DNA from: Gemmatimonadales bacterium
GTDB lineage: Bacteria; Gemmatimonadota; Gemmatimonadetes; Gemmatimonadales; GWC2-71-9
Assembly (NCBI GenBank): GCA_036558345.1
Contig: DATBFV010000098.1
Span: forward strand, 11,513-75,512
Reading direction: 5' to 3'
DNA length: 64,000 nt
Shown here: positions 36,776 to 45,179 of the stretch, piece by piece
Position numbering within the stretch: position 1 is the first letter of the stretch
How the letters are laid out: every line of letters begins with the position of its first letter
The notes under the pieces: generated by a model
Database searches by the model: none
Told to the model about the DNA's origin: nothing
Seen by the model: only the letters and a program-made list of their open reading frames with translations
Made by a program: the position numbers and the translations under genes

Positions 36776-39700
36776 CAGCGACCGGGGGCGGGGGCGCCCC
36801 CATGGAAGCGCACATCGTTCGGTGCTTCCACGGGAGAGCGCAACGCACCGAGATACCGCGTGAGCGCGTCGATGTCGACGGCATCGAGGTCCTCGCGGGG
36901 CGCGCCCACAAACATCCGGAATCCGGAGCCGCCAGTCGCCATGAAGTCATTCACCACCAGCGTGTAATTGTGGCCCCTGTCGAGATCCTGCCCGCCGACG
37001 CGGATCCGGCTCAGGCGTTGGCCGGGCTCCTTACGCGCGTCGTACCACACCTCCGCGCCCGCAATGTGGCAATCGGGCACATGGTCTCGCCCGGCGACAC
37101 ATTGCTCCAACGCCTCCTGCAACACCGAACCCTTGACCGTCAGACGGACTAATCGATTCCCGAATGGCTGCACCTGATAGACCTGCCCGTAGCTGATCGC
37201 GCCCTCGGGCAGGTCGGCACGAATGCCGCCGTTATTCATGATCGCCACGTCTGCGCGGCCAGCGGCACGCTGCGCGTCTGCAATGATACGCCCCAATCCG
37301 TACTCGTCGCCCTCACGCTTGAGCGGCACCTTGAGACGGGCCACGACGCGCTCGGTGATGTTGCGGACCGCTTGTTGCTGCCGGTGCAGCGCGTCCGTGA
37401 GGGCGACGTCCGGCCTTACCTGATCGGCGTAGGGCGTCACGAGCTGCGCGCGCACCGCGCGACGTCCGCCGCTGCGGACGAGGTCGACGACGCCGATCGA
37501 GCGCGCGCTCGACTGCGCCTCGATGATCGGAATTCCGTTCACCGTGGTGTTGACGCGTATATGGGTGTGTCCCGCGACGATCAAATCCACCGATCCCGAA
37601 TCGAGCTGGCGCGCGAGGTCGATGATCTCGCCGTGACACGACGCCATGTTGTCGCCGCCGGCGCTCGAATCGCACAGCGCGCCCGCATGGGCGACCACAA
37701 TCACGTAATTGGCCGCGGCGCGCGCCTCGGGCAGATAGCGCTTGACCGCCTGCGCGCCGTCACCAAAGGCGAGGCCTTGAATATTGCGCGCCGCCGTACT
37801 GGTCGGCGTTTCCGTTGTGGTCAGCCCGATCACGGCAATCTTCACGCCGTTCTTTGTGACGAGCTTCCAGGGTGTGGCCCAGTCCGGCCGCGCGGTCCCC
37901 GCGCTGTTCGTGATGTTGGCGGAGAGGAACGGGTATTTCGCGTCGCGCATCCGCGCCCGCAGCGTATCGACCGACCAGTCGAACTCGTGATTGCCGATCG
38001 CCGCGGCATCGATCCCGAGACTGTCGAGCGCAAGCACGGTGCCGTGGCCGAACGTCGCGTTGGAGACGAGCGTGCCCTGCATTTCGTCGCCGGCGTCGAG
38101 CCGGACTGACGTGCAGCCGCAGGCGTTGGCGAGGCTGTCGAGCCAGGGCCTCAGCGCCGCGACGCCGCCCACGGCTCGGCCGCCCGACCAATCCCAGACC
38201 CGGGCTTCGAGCTGGCCGTGGAGATCGCTGAGCGCGAGGACCCGGAGCAGCGTGGTGTCGCGCGTGCCGATAGCAGTCGCGGCCCCCGCCCCCGCCCCCG
38301 CCCCGGCCCCGGCCGCGGGCGGGGGCGCGAACGCAGCACGCGCGGCCGCTCGCGCGGAGTCCGGAATGATCGCCCAGCTTGGCCGCAGATACGCGGCCGT
38401 CTGCAGCGTTCGCGCGCGCCGGATTTCGTCGACCAGCAGCTCGCGGATGTCCTCTCCCTTGTCGTAGACGACCGGCGCACGCACCACCATGTCGTAGCCG
38501 CCGCCGCCCACCTGGCGGTAGTTGTTCAGCGCCATCACGAAGCTGTCGGTGGGCTGTACGATCTTGCCGTTGTACGCGAGGCCGCGGATACGCTGTCCGA
38601 CGGGGCGTGCGAGATCGACGTTATAGACGACGCCGCTGACGACGTCGTAGTTGTAACCGGGGAAACTGTCGTTGATGACCGGACTGCCCGCCTGGAAGCT
38701 GCGGAAGTAGCGGGCTGAGTGTTCGAGATATTCGCGGAGCTGCTGGCCGGAGATCTTCACGGCACGAAGCACGTTCTCGTACGGATAAACGCCGTAGACG
38801 TCGCGCTGATGCACGTCGCCTTCCGGCAGGCCCTGTTGCACATCGTATGCGGCAGCCGCCGATAGCTGAGCGCCGGTGCGCCGCCGCTGCACCTCGTTGA
38901 TGAAATCGAGGAACGGGGTGTCTTGCACACGTGCATACCGCGCATCGAATCCGGGGGCTGCGGTTCCGATCGCCGTGCCCGCCCATAAGCGCGCGGCCTG
39001 ATGCGCGGCGTTGAGCCGCTGCGTGTAGCGAGGCGATTCCGCGACATTGCCGAGCTGGATCAGGTCGGAGCGCACTCCGGTCACCCGGTATCGCTTGGTG
39101 CTGGAGTCCCGCTTGAGTGAGATGTGCACCACAGCGAGGCTCTGCACGTAATTCTTCGGCTGTACGAAATGCACCCCATTGATGACCGAGTCGCGCATCT
39201 CGCGGTGCGTGTGTCCCACGATCACGAGATCTGGTTTCGGAGTGACGGTCGCGAGCGCGCCCGCGTCGTTCTCCGGACCCACGCCGGTGGTGTCGTAGCC
39301 CGATGGGCCAAAGCCGCTGTGAATGACGGCGATCTTCAGGTCTACACCTTGACCCTCGAGACTCGCGAGCGCCGCCGGTGCCGCCTCGGCGATGCGCCGG
39401 ACGCGCGCATGGCCCGCCATCAGCCACTTGTCCGAGACCATCACGCTCGGCGTCGTAAACCCTGTGACTCCCACTCTGACCACCCCGCGCTGCAACACGA
39501 CGTTGGGCACAAACAGTGCCTTGCCGCTGTCGTCCATGACGTTGCCCGAGATGTAGTGGAACGTCGCCTGGCTGGCCGCGCGTCGCAGGAAATCGACGCC
39601 GAAGTCGAAATCGTGGTTGCCGGGCGTGACGGCGTCGTACTGCAGGTAGTTCAGCGCATCGATGATCGGCTGCGGCTGCCGCTTGTCGTAACGGCCGTAA

Positions 39701-39975
39701 TAGACGGCGAAGGGATTCCCCTGGAGCAGATCGCCGGCGTCGAGGAGCACAACCTGCCCGGGGTAGCGGCTACGCAGCGTCTCGATGGCCGTCGCGGCGC
39801 GGGAGAGCCCGCCGGGCGCGGCGGCGTCACGGACATAGTCCCATCCCATGACCCGACCGTGCACGTCGGTTGTGGCGACGACGACGATGTGCGCCGTGTC
39901 GGGAGCGGCAGTGGTTGTCTGGAGCGCGAGGAGCAGCGCGGACAGGAGAGCCATAGTCCGCACAAAATATCGCAA
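36775..39975 (-). CDS. secreted double nucleotidase: two complete metallophosphatase/5'-nucleotidase modules in one 1066-aa chain
   Basis: A signal peptide leads. Module 1 is ATTDVHGRV, DAGDLLQGNP, TPGNHDFDFG, VGHTHREM plus a C-terminal substrate-binding domain. The linker is APPPAAGAGAGAGAGAATA. Module 2 is LSDLHGQL, DAGDEMQGT, IGNHEFDW, AGHTH plus a C-terminal domain (NNGGIRADL...VVNDFMATGGSGF). Confidence 0.85.
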   Translation of the reverse strand: MRYFVRTMALLSALLLALQTTTAAPDTAHIVVVATTDVHGRVMGWDYVRDAAAPGGLSRAATAIETLRSRYPGQVVLLDAGDLLQGNPFAVYYGRYDKRQPQPIIDALNYLQYDAVTPGNHDFDFGVDFLRRAASQATFHYISGNVMDDSGKALFVPNVVLQRGVVRVGVTGFTTPSVMVSDKWLMAGHARVRRIAEAAPAALASLEGQGVDLKIAVIHSGFGPSGYDTTGVGPENDAGALATVTPKPDLVIVGHTHREMRDSVINGVHFVQPKNYVQSLAVVHISLKRDSSTKRYRVTGVRSDLIQLGNVAESPRYTQRLNAAHQAARLWAGTAIGTAAPGFDARYARVQDTPFLDFINEVQRRRTGAQLSAAAAYDVQQGLPEGDVHQRDVYGVYPYENVLRAVKISGQQLREYLEHSARYFRSFQAGSPVINDSFPGYNYDVVSGVVYNVDLARPVGQRIRGLAYNGKIVQPTDSFVMALNNYRQVGGGGYDMVVRAPVVYDKGEDIRELLVDEIRRARTLQTAAYLRPSWAIIPDSARAAARAAFAPPPAAGAGAGAGAGAATAIGTRDTTLLRVLALSDLHGQLEARVWDWSGGRAVGGVAALRPWLDSLANACGCTSVRLDAGDEMQGTLVSNATFGHGTVLALDSLGIDAAAIGNHEFDWSVDTLRARMRDAKYPFLSANITNSAGTARPDWATPWKLVTKNGVKIAVIGLTTTETPTSTAARNIQGLAFGDGAQAVKRYLPEARAAANYVIVVAHAGALCDSSAGGDNMASCHGEIIDLARQLDSGSVDLIVAGHTHIRVNTTVNGIPIIEAQSSARSIGVVDLVRSGGRRAVRAQLVTPYADQVRPDVALTDALHRQQQAVRNITERVVARLKVPLKREGDEYGLGRIIADAQRAAGRADVAIMNNGGIRADLPEGAISYGQVYQVQPFGNRLVRLTVKGSVLQEALEQCVAGRDHVPDCHIAGAEVWYDARKEPGQRLSRIRVGGQDLDRGHNYTLVVNDFMATGGSGFRMFVGAPREDLDAVDIDALTRYLGALRSPVEAPNDVRFHGGAPAPGR
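38281..38327. repeat. GC-only hexamer repeat / inverted repeat inside the nucleotidase linker
   Basis: The plus strand has C5GC5GC5GC4GGC4GG followed by GCGGGCGGGGGCG. The 11-nt CGCCCCCGCCC (38293-38303) is the exact reverse complement of GGGCGGGGGCG (38317-38327). The coding (minus) strand carries at least 5 G4-5 runs separated by 1-2 nt. Confidence 0.8.
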
Positions 39976-40024
39976 GAAGCTCTGAGCCGCATGCAGCGGC
40001 CCAGAGCCTCCTCCTACGTGCTTG

Positions 40025-41368
40025 CTACCGAGCCGTCGCGGTAAAGTCTACGTTCGACATTTTCTGGATCCCGAACGCACCGTCCCGCCCGTCGCCGCCG
40101 CGATGCTGAATGTCCACGAACAGCGTGCGCCCGGACTTGCTGAAATAGATGCCCGTCGGCTCGGCCTGGCAGTCGGTAATCGAAGCAAACCGCTGGGCCG
40201 CTTGTCCCTGCCCGGGGTTCCCCGAGGGTTGACTCACCCAGATGTCGTCGCCGAGCGTCTTGGTCGGCGCGCCACCGCCCGGATCCTCGGTGATGAAGAG
40301 GTTGCCCTCCTTGTCGAGCGCGAGGTTGTCGGGAAAGTCGAAATCGGCCGGTGCGTTGACGCCAGCGCGAACGTAGTCGCTGACGAATACCTGGCCCCGC
40401 CGCGAACCGCCGCCGGCGTTCAGGTCGATGGCCAGCACCCGATCTTCTTCGGTGACCGCCACATACAGATAGTTGCCGTGCGCCACGTTCCCGGTGCTCG
40501 TGCCGGTTTCGACATCTTCAGGCCGGTTGTAGCCAGTCGCGCCGACGGCCTCGGCGGCCGCGTCGGCATCGATCTGCACCTGGTTGCGATCGAGCGCGAC
40601 CCATTCGGCCCAGCCCGTCCGGTCGCCCAAATCCTGAACCAGGCGGAGCGCATACAGCTGGCCTGATGACAAGTGGCCGCGCCGATCGGGAACGAACTTG
40701 TAAATGAAACCGGGGTTGCGCTCGGAGATGCCGTAGTGATTGCCTTGCGCATCGAAGCGGTTGCCTTCGTGTGACTTCGAGCCGAGCGCCGGTCGCGCGT
40801 GCACGGCGCCGCTCGCCGGATCGATTTCGTAGACCAGACCGTTCTCGGCGTCTGGGTAGTCGGGGTCGCGCAAGCCGGCCGGGCCGGCTTCCTCACTGGC
40901 CAGGATCGTGCCCCACGGCGTCCACACGATTCCGTCGAACCGCTCCCAATCCGCGCGCCGCGCGAGGATGCGAGTCTCGCCGGTCTCGAGATCCGTGACG
41001 CTTACGCCCGCATTCGATGAGAGCTCATGCGTGCGATACAGGAACCGGCCCGGCTCCCAACCGGTCTCGTTCACCGTGTTCATATCGATGTTGTCCGGAA
41101 AAGCCGGTTCTGAAGCGATGAGCGTCGAGACGAAACCGGTCGGCAGCAGCACCTGCTCGAGCCCGCCACCGACCGAACATTGGGCGGAGCTCGCGAGCGG
41201 TGTGAAGTCGCGCGAGAGCTGGAAGTCTGCCGCATGGCGCTCGAACGCCAAGCCAGCCGGTGTACCTGTGGTGCCCGCCGGCCTCGCCATGTCGCTACAC
41301 GAGACGATGGTCGAAAGCGCGGTTGTGGTCACAGCGAACATCATCCATCGATTTGTTTGACGATGCAT
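40025..41368 (-). CDS. secreted beta-propeller protein, DUF839/PhoX-like putative phosphatase
   Basis: GGAGG lies 5 nt before ATG 41368. Signal/lipobox-like MMFAVTTTALSTIVSC. Motifs GNHYGISERNPGFIYKFVPD and DFDFPDNLALDKEGNLFITEDPGG resemble PhoX-family proteins. At 447 aa it is shorter than the classical PhoX I recall. Confidence 0.5.
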   Translation of the reverse strand: MHRQTNRWMMFAVTTTALSTIVSCSDMARPAGTTGTPAGLAFERHAADFQLSRDFTPLASSAQCSVGGGLEQVLLPTGFVSTLIASEPAFPDNIDMNTVNETGWEPGRFLYRTHELSSNAGVSVTDLETGETRILARRADWERFDGIVWTPWGTILASEEAGPAGLRDPDYPDAENGLVYEIDPASGAVHARPALGSKSHEGNRFDAQGNHYGISERNPGFIYKFVPDRRGHLSSGQLYALRLVQDLGDRTGWAEWVALDRNQVQIDADAAAEAVGATGYNRPEDVETGTSTGNVAHGNYLYVAVTEEDRVLAIDLNAGGGSRRGQVFVSDYVRAGVNAPADFDFPDNLALDKEGNLFITEDPGGGAPTKTLGDDIWVSQPSGNPGQGQAAQRFASITDCQAEPTGIYFSKSGRTLFVDIQHRGGDGRDGAFGIQKMSNVDFTATAR

Positions 41369-41446
41369 GTGAGCCTCCAAGGAAAACAGTGGAAACGTGG
41401 ACACGGGGAGGCTCGCCCGGCTGCATCACGAGGTTGTTGGAGCAGC

Positions 41447-41475
41447 GTCACAGTTGTGCAACCTTCCATTCACGG
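41447..41475 (-). promoter_or_regulatory. candidate Pho box (three 11-bp-phased heptamers)
   Basis: The minus strand reads CCGTGAAtggaAGGTTGCacaaCTGTGAC. It ends 79 nt upstream of the PhoX-like ATG. Confidence 0.4.
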
Positions 41476-41498
41476 CTATTTCGTGCGACGTTTTTCAC

Positions 41499-41996
41499 AT
41501 GCAGCTGCTCGTCGTTCGTCATGCCATCGCTGAAGAGCGTGAAAAGTGGGCGCCGCGCGACGATAAGCTGCGTCCCTTGACCGATGACGGAAAAAAGAAA
41601 ATGAAGGAAGCGGCGAAGGGATTGCGCGCGCTGGTCCCGCGCATTGATGTCCTCGCCACGAGCCCGCTCGCGCGTGCGTTGCAGACTGCGCAGCTCCTCG
41701 CCAAGGTCTATGAGCACGGCGAGCCCGTCACGGTGGAAGCGCTATCTCCTGGCCAGCGGCCGCCGGCACTCGCGACCTGGTTGCGGACGCAGGCGCTCCA
41801 AAAAACGGTCGCCATCGTCGGTCACGAGCCGGGACTCGGCGCCGCCATCAGCTGGCTCGCCGCCGGGACCGAGCGATCCTTTGTCGAGCTGGGGAAAGGC
41901 GGGGCCTGCCTGCTCGACCTTGGAGAGCAGATCGACGCCGGCGTCGCCATGCTGCTGTGGCTGCTCCGTCCCAGCCAGCTGCGAGCCCTGGACTGA
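41499..41996 (+). CDS. sixA: SixA-type phosphohistidine phosphatase
   Basis: MQLLVVRHAIAEE (RHA catalytic motif)...LATSPLARALQTAQ...VAIVGHEPGLG. 165 aa from ATG 41499. Confidence 0.8.
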   Translation: MQLLVVRHAIAEEREKWAPRDDKLRPLTDDGKKKMKEAAKGLRALVPRIDVLATSPLARALQTAQLLAKVYEHGEPVTVEALSPGQRPPALATWLRTQALQKTVAIVGHEPGLGAAISWLAAGTERSFVELGKGGACLLDLGEQIDAGVAMLLWLLRPSQLRALD

Positions 41997-42943
41997 TGGC
42001 CGAGTTCTCGGCGGGTCTGCTCGAGCAACCGGCGGTGCAAGCCGCCGCGGCGATCGCGTTGGCCCACCTCGATGACGCGGCCGCGGCGGCGACGCGGCTC
42101 AACGACCGCACCGATCACGAGGCGCTCCACGATTTCCGCGTGGCGATCCGGCGGCTGCGCGTCACCGTCCGGGCATATCCCGGCGTTCACGAAATTGCCG
42201 CCAAGACACAGCGTCGCCGGCTTCGCAAGCTGGCGCGCGCGACGAATACGGCGCGCGACACCGAAGTCCAGCTCGCGTGGTTCAGGACCCGACTGTCCCG
42301 ATTCGCGCCGGCCGACCGTACGGCGCTGGCGCCGTTGCGTGCGCGACTGCGCGGCCGGCGCCGCCGCGAAACCGCCCGCACGCAACCAGAGCTGCTGCGT
42401 CAGTTCGGCAAACTCGAGCGCAAGCTCCGGCGCCGGCTCGTGGCAGCGCGCGACTCCGGTGCGCACGAAGCGCCGTTCCGTGGCATCGCCGCCGCTACGC
42501 TGGTGCAGTACGCGAACGACCTCAGCTCGCGCCTCCGTATCCTGACGCCCGCGTCCAGGGCCGCGGACGTGCATGCGACGCGCATCGCCGCAAAGCGGCT
42601 GCGCTATTTGCTCGAGCCGTTGCGGTCGGTGATAACAGACGCAGACGCGATCATCGGCCGACTGAAGAAGCTGCAAGACCTGCTCGGGGAACTGACCGAC
42701 GGGCACACGCTGGAAGCGGTGCTGCAGGAGGCCGGCGATGTCGGGGCCGCCGCTTCAAATGTCCTGCGCGAGGAAGCCGCGGCGCTGGTTGCCACGCTGC
42801 AACAGAAATGGTCGCAGGCGGGGCCGGAACTCGTCCGGGAAATCGACCAGGTGGCGCAACAGCTCCGGCCCGTGATCAAACCACCCGCACCACGGTCGTT
42901 GCGGCAGCGCACGCGCCGCCCGCGCAACGAGCTTACGGCCTAG
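41996..42943 (+). CDS. CHAD domain protein
   Basis: Repeated helical CHAD signatures HEALHDFRVAIRRLRVTVRAY and VHATRIAAKRLRYLLE. The ATG overlaps the sixA stop (TGATG). Confidence 0.8.
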   Translation: MAEFSAGLLEQPAVQAAAAIALAHLDDAAAAATRLNDRTDHEALHDFRVAIRRLRVTVRAYPGVHEIAAKTQRRRLRKLARATNTARDTEVQLAWFRTRLSRFAPADRTALAPLRARLRGRRRRETARTQPELLRQFGKLERKLRRRLVAARDSGAHEAPFRGIAAATLVQYANDLSSRLRILTPASRAADVHATRIAAKRLRYLLEPLRSVITDADAIIGRLKKLQDLLGELTDGHTLEAVLQEAGDVGAAASNVLREEAAALVATLQQKWSQAGPELVREIDQVAQQLRPVIKPPAPRSLRQRTRRPRNELTA

Positions 42944-45177
42944 CTGCTTTCGTCCGGGACTTTGCGGCTGCTCGTGCCTTTCGCGCCGCGACGGCCGCGC
43001 GGCCCGGCGAGGCTGCGACGCGGCTCGCGCTTTCCTTCTTTGCCGTTACGCCTGAGCACCGGCACGAACAGCCGGTGCCCCCCTTGCTCGATGACCTGTG
43101 CGGAGCCTCGCGCCAGGCTGTGCAGCGCAACCTGAGACCGCACTGCGGGCTGACCTTCTGTGGGCGTGGCCCGCCGGTAAGAGCCATCGGGATTCTGGAC
43201 GCGTGCCTTCACGTTATCGACAAGAATCGTTGGCAAGATGGCGTCGCAGATGCGCGCTTTGAGCTGCGCGTCCTCCACCGGAAACATCACCTCGATGCGA
43301 CGGAAGAAGTTGCGGGGCATCCAATCGGCGCTGCCCAGGAAGACTTCCGGATTGCCGGCATTCGCGAAATAGAAGACGCGGCTGTGCTCCAGGAAGCGGT
43401 CGACGATGCTCGTCACGCGAATCCGCTCGGACACCCCCGGCAGACCCGCCCGCAGACAGCAGATGCCTCGAATGATCAGGTCGATTTCGACGCCCGCCTG
43501 CGAGGCGCGATACAGCGCGTCGATCACCGAGACCTCCACCAGGGCGTTCATCTTGACGATGATCCGTGCCGGCTTCCCCGCTTCCGCGTGGCCGCGCTCG
43601 CGCTCGATCAGCGCGATAACCCGCTCGCGCATCTCGACCGGCGCGACGACGAGCTTGCGCCAGCGGCGTCGTTGCGAGTAGCCGGTGAGGAGGTTGAACA
43701 TCTCGCTGACGTCCTCGCCAAAATCGGGATTCGCGGTGAACAGCCCGAGATCGGTGTAGATGCGCGCGGTGGTGGGATTGTAATTGCCGGTGGACAGGTG
43801 GACGTAGCGGCGCAGCCCGCCTTTCTCGCGCCGCACGACCAGTGCCGCCTTGCAGTGCGTCTTCAGTCCTACGATGCCGTACACGACGTGGACTCCAGCC
43901 TGCTCCAGCTCCCGTGCCCAGACGATGTTGTTCTCCTCATCGAAACGCGCCTTGAGCTCGACCAACGCCGTCACCTGCTTGCCGTTCTGCGCGGCGCGGG
44001 CGAGCGCCGAGATGATGGGGCTCGCGCCGCTCGTACGGTACAGCGTCTGTTTGATCGCGAGCACCTGGGGATCGTCGGCGGCGCGATCGATGAAGTCGAC
44101 GACCGCACCGAATGACTCATACGGATGGTGGACGAGCACGTCCTGATTCCGGATGACGTCGAACGAACTCTCGCCGCTTGCGAGCGCCGGCGACTGGCGT
44201 GGCAACAGCGCCTCGTCGCGCAGCCCGCGGAATCCCTCGCCGCGATGCAGCGCCATGAGCGCGGTAAGGTCCACGGGCCCGTTGACCCGATAGACGTCGC
44301 GCTCGCGCAGATCGAGCGCGCCCATGAGCATCTGCGCGAAGCGCGCGTCCCCGGAGGCCAGGATCTCGAGCCGGACCGCCTCGCCGAGAATGCGCTGGCG
44401 CAGCGTTTCTTCGATGGTCTGCAACAGGTCTTCGGCCTCGTCTTCGTTGATTGCGAGATCGGTATTGCGCGTGACTCGAAAGACCGTATGCGCGAGGACC
44501 TTGAATCCTCCAAACAAATCGCCCAGATGCGCCGCGATGATCTCCTCCAGCAGAACGAACCGCAGCCGCTCGGCGCCCTCCGTGCCGGGAAGCGCGACCA
44601 CACGATCGAGCAGCGCCGGCACCTGTACGACCCCAAACAGTTGCTGGCCTGAGTCGGTGTTCTCCACCAGCAGAACGATGTTGAGGCTTTTGTTGTGCAC
44701 GTGCGGAAACGGATGGCCCGGATCAATCGCCAGCGGAGTCAGCACGGGGTAGATCTCGCGCGCGAACAACTTGTCCAGATATTCCCGCTCGGCAGGCTCC
44801 AGCATATCGAACGAGACTCGCTGAATTCCGGCGGCCGCGAGCCCCGGCATGACTTCCGCGTCCAGCAGGCGGTGTTGTTCCGCGACGAGCGCGTGCACGC
44901 GCGCCTCGATGCGCGACAGCTGCTCCATCGGGTCGAGGCCGTCCGCACCATAGTCCTGCGGTTCGATCCCCGCGTACAACTGTTGCTGTAGCCCGGCAAC
45001 GCGGACCTCGAAGAACTCGTCGAGGTTGGAGCTGAAAATCGCAGTGAACTTGAGCCGCTCGAGCAGGGGATTCGTGGGATCCGCCGCCTCTTCCAGCACG
45101 CGTGCGTTGAACTCGAGCCAGCTGAGCTCGCGGTTCAGATAATGGTCGGCCGGGAAGGCGGGCTGGTAGGATGCCAT
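42940..45177 (-). CDS. ppk: polyphosphate kinase 1
   Basis: YLNRELSWLEFNARVLEEA...LLERLKF.AIFSSNLDEFF...GLKTHCKAALVVRRE...YVHLSTGNYN. 745 aa. Confidence 0.96.
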   Translation of the reverse strand: MASYQPAFPADHYLNRELSWLEFNARVLEEAADPTNPLLERLKFTAIFSSNLDEFFEVRVAGLQQQLYAGIEPQDYGADGLDPMEQLSRIEARVHALVAEQHRLLDAEVMPGLAAAGIQRVSFDMLEPAEREYLDKLFAREIYPVLTPLAIDPGHPFPHVHNKSLNIVLLVENTDSGQQLFGVVQVPALLDRVVALPGTEGAERLRFVLLEEIIAAHLGDLFGGFKVLAHTVFRVTRNTDLAINEDEAEDLLQTIEETLRQRILGEAVRLEILASGDARFAQMLMGALDLRERDVYRVNGPVDLTALMALHRGEGFRGLRDEALLPRQSPALASGESSFDVIRNQDVLVHHPYESFGAVVDFIDRAADDPQVLAIKQTLYRTSGASPIISALARAAQNGKQVTALVELKARFDEENNIVWARELEQAGVHVVYGIVGLKTHCKAALVVRREKGGLRRYVHLSTGNYNPTTARIYTDLGLFTANPDFGEDVSEMFNLLTGYSQRRRWRKLVVAPVEMRERVIALIERERGHAEAGKPARIIVKMNALVEVSVIDALYRASQAGVEIDLIIRGICCLRAGLPGVSERIRVTSIVDRFLEHSRVFYFANAGNPEVFLGSADWMPRNFFRRIEVMFPVEDAQLKARICDAILPTILVDNVKARVQNPDGSYRRATPTEGQPAVRSQVALHSLARGSAQVIEQGGHRLFVPVLRRNGKEGKREPRRSLAGPRGRRGAKGTSSRKVPDESS

Positions 45178-45179
45178 GC

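Noticed and set aside
42277-44115. 612-aa ORF antisense to ppk1 (plus the 294-aa ORF at 41822-42706 antisense to the CHAD gene)
   Set aside because: This is the same high-GC shadow-ORF effect. The translation is low-complexity (Arg/Ala/Pro/Gly), and the opposite strand encodes highly conserved PPK1 motifs.
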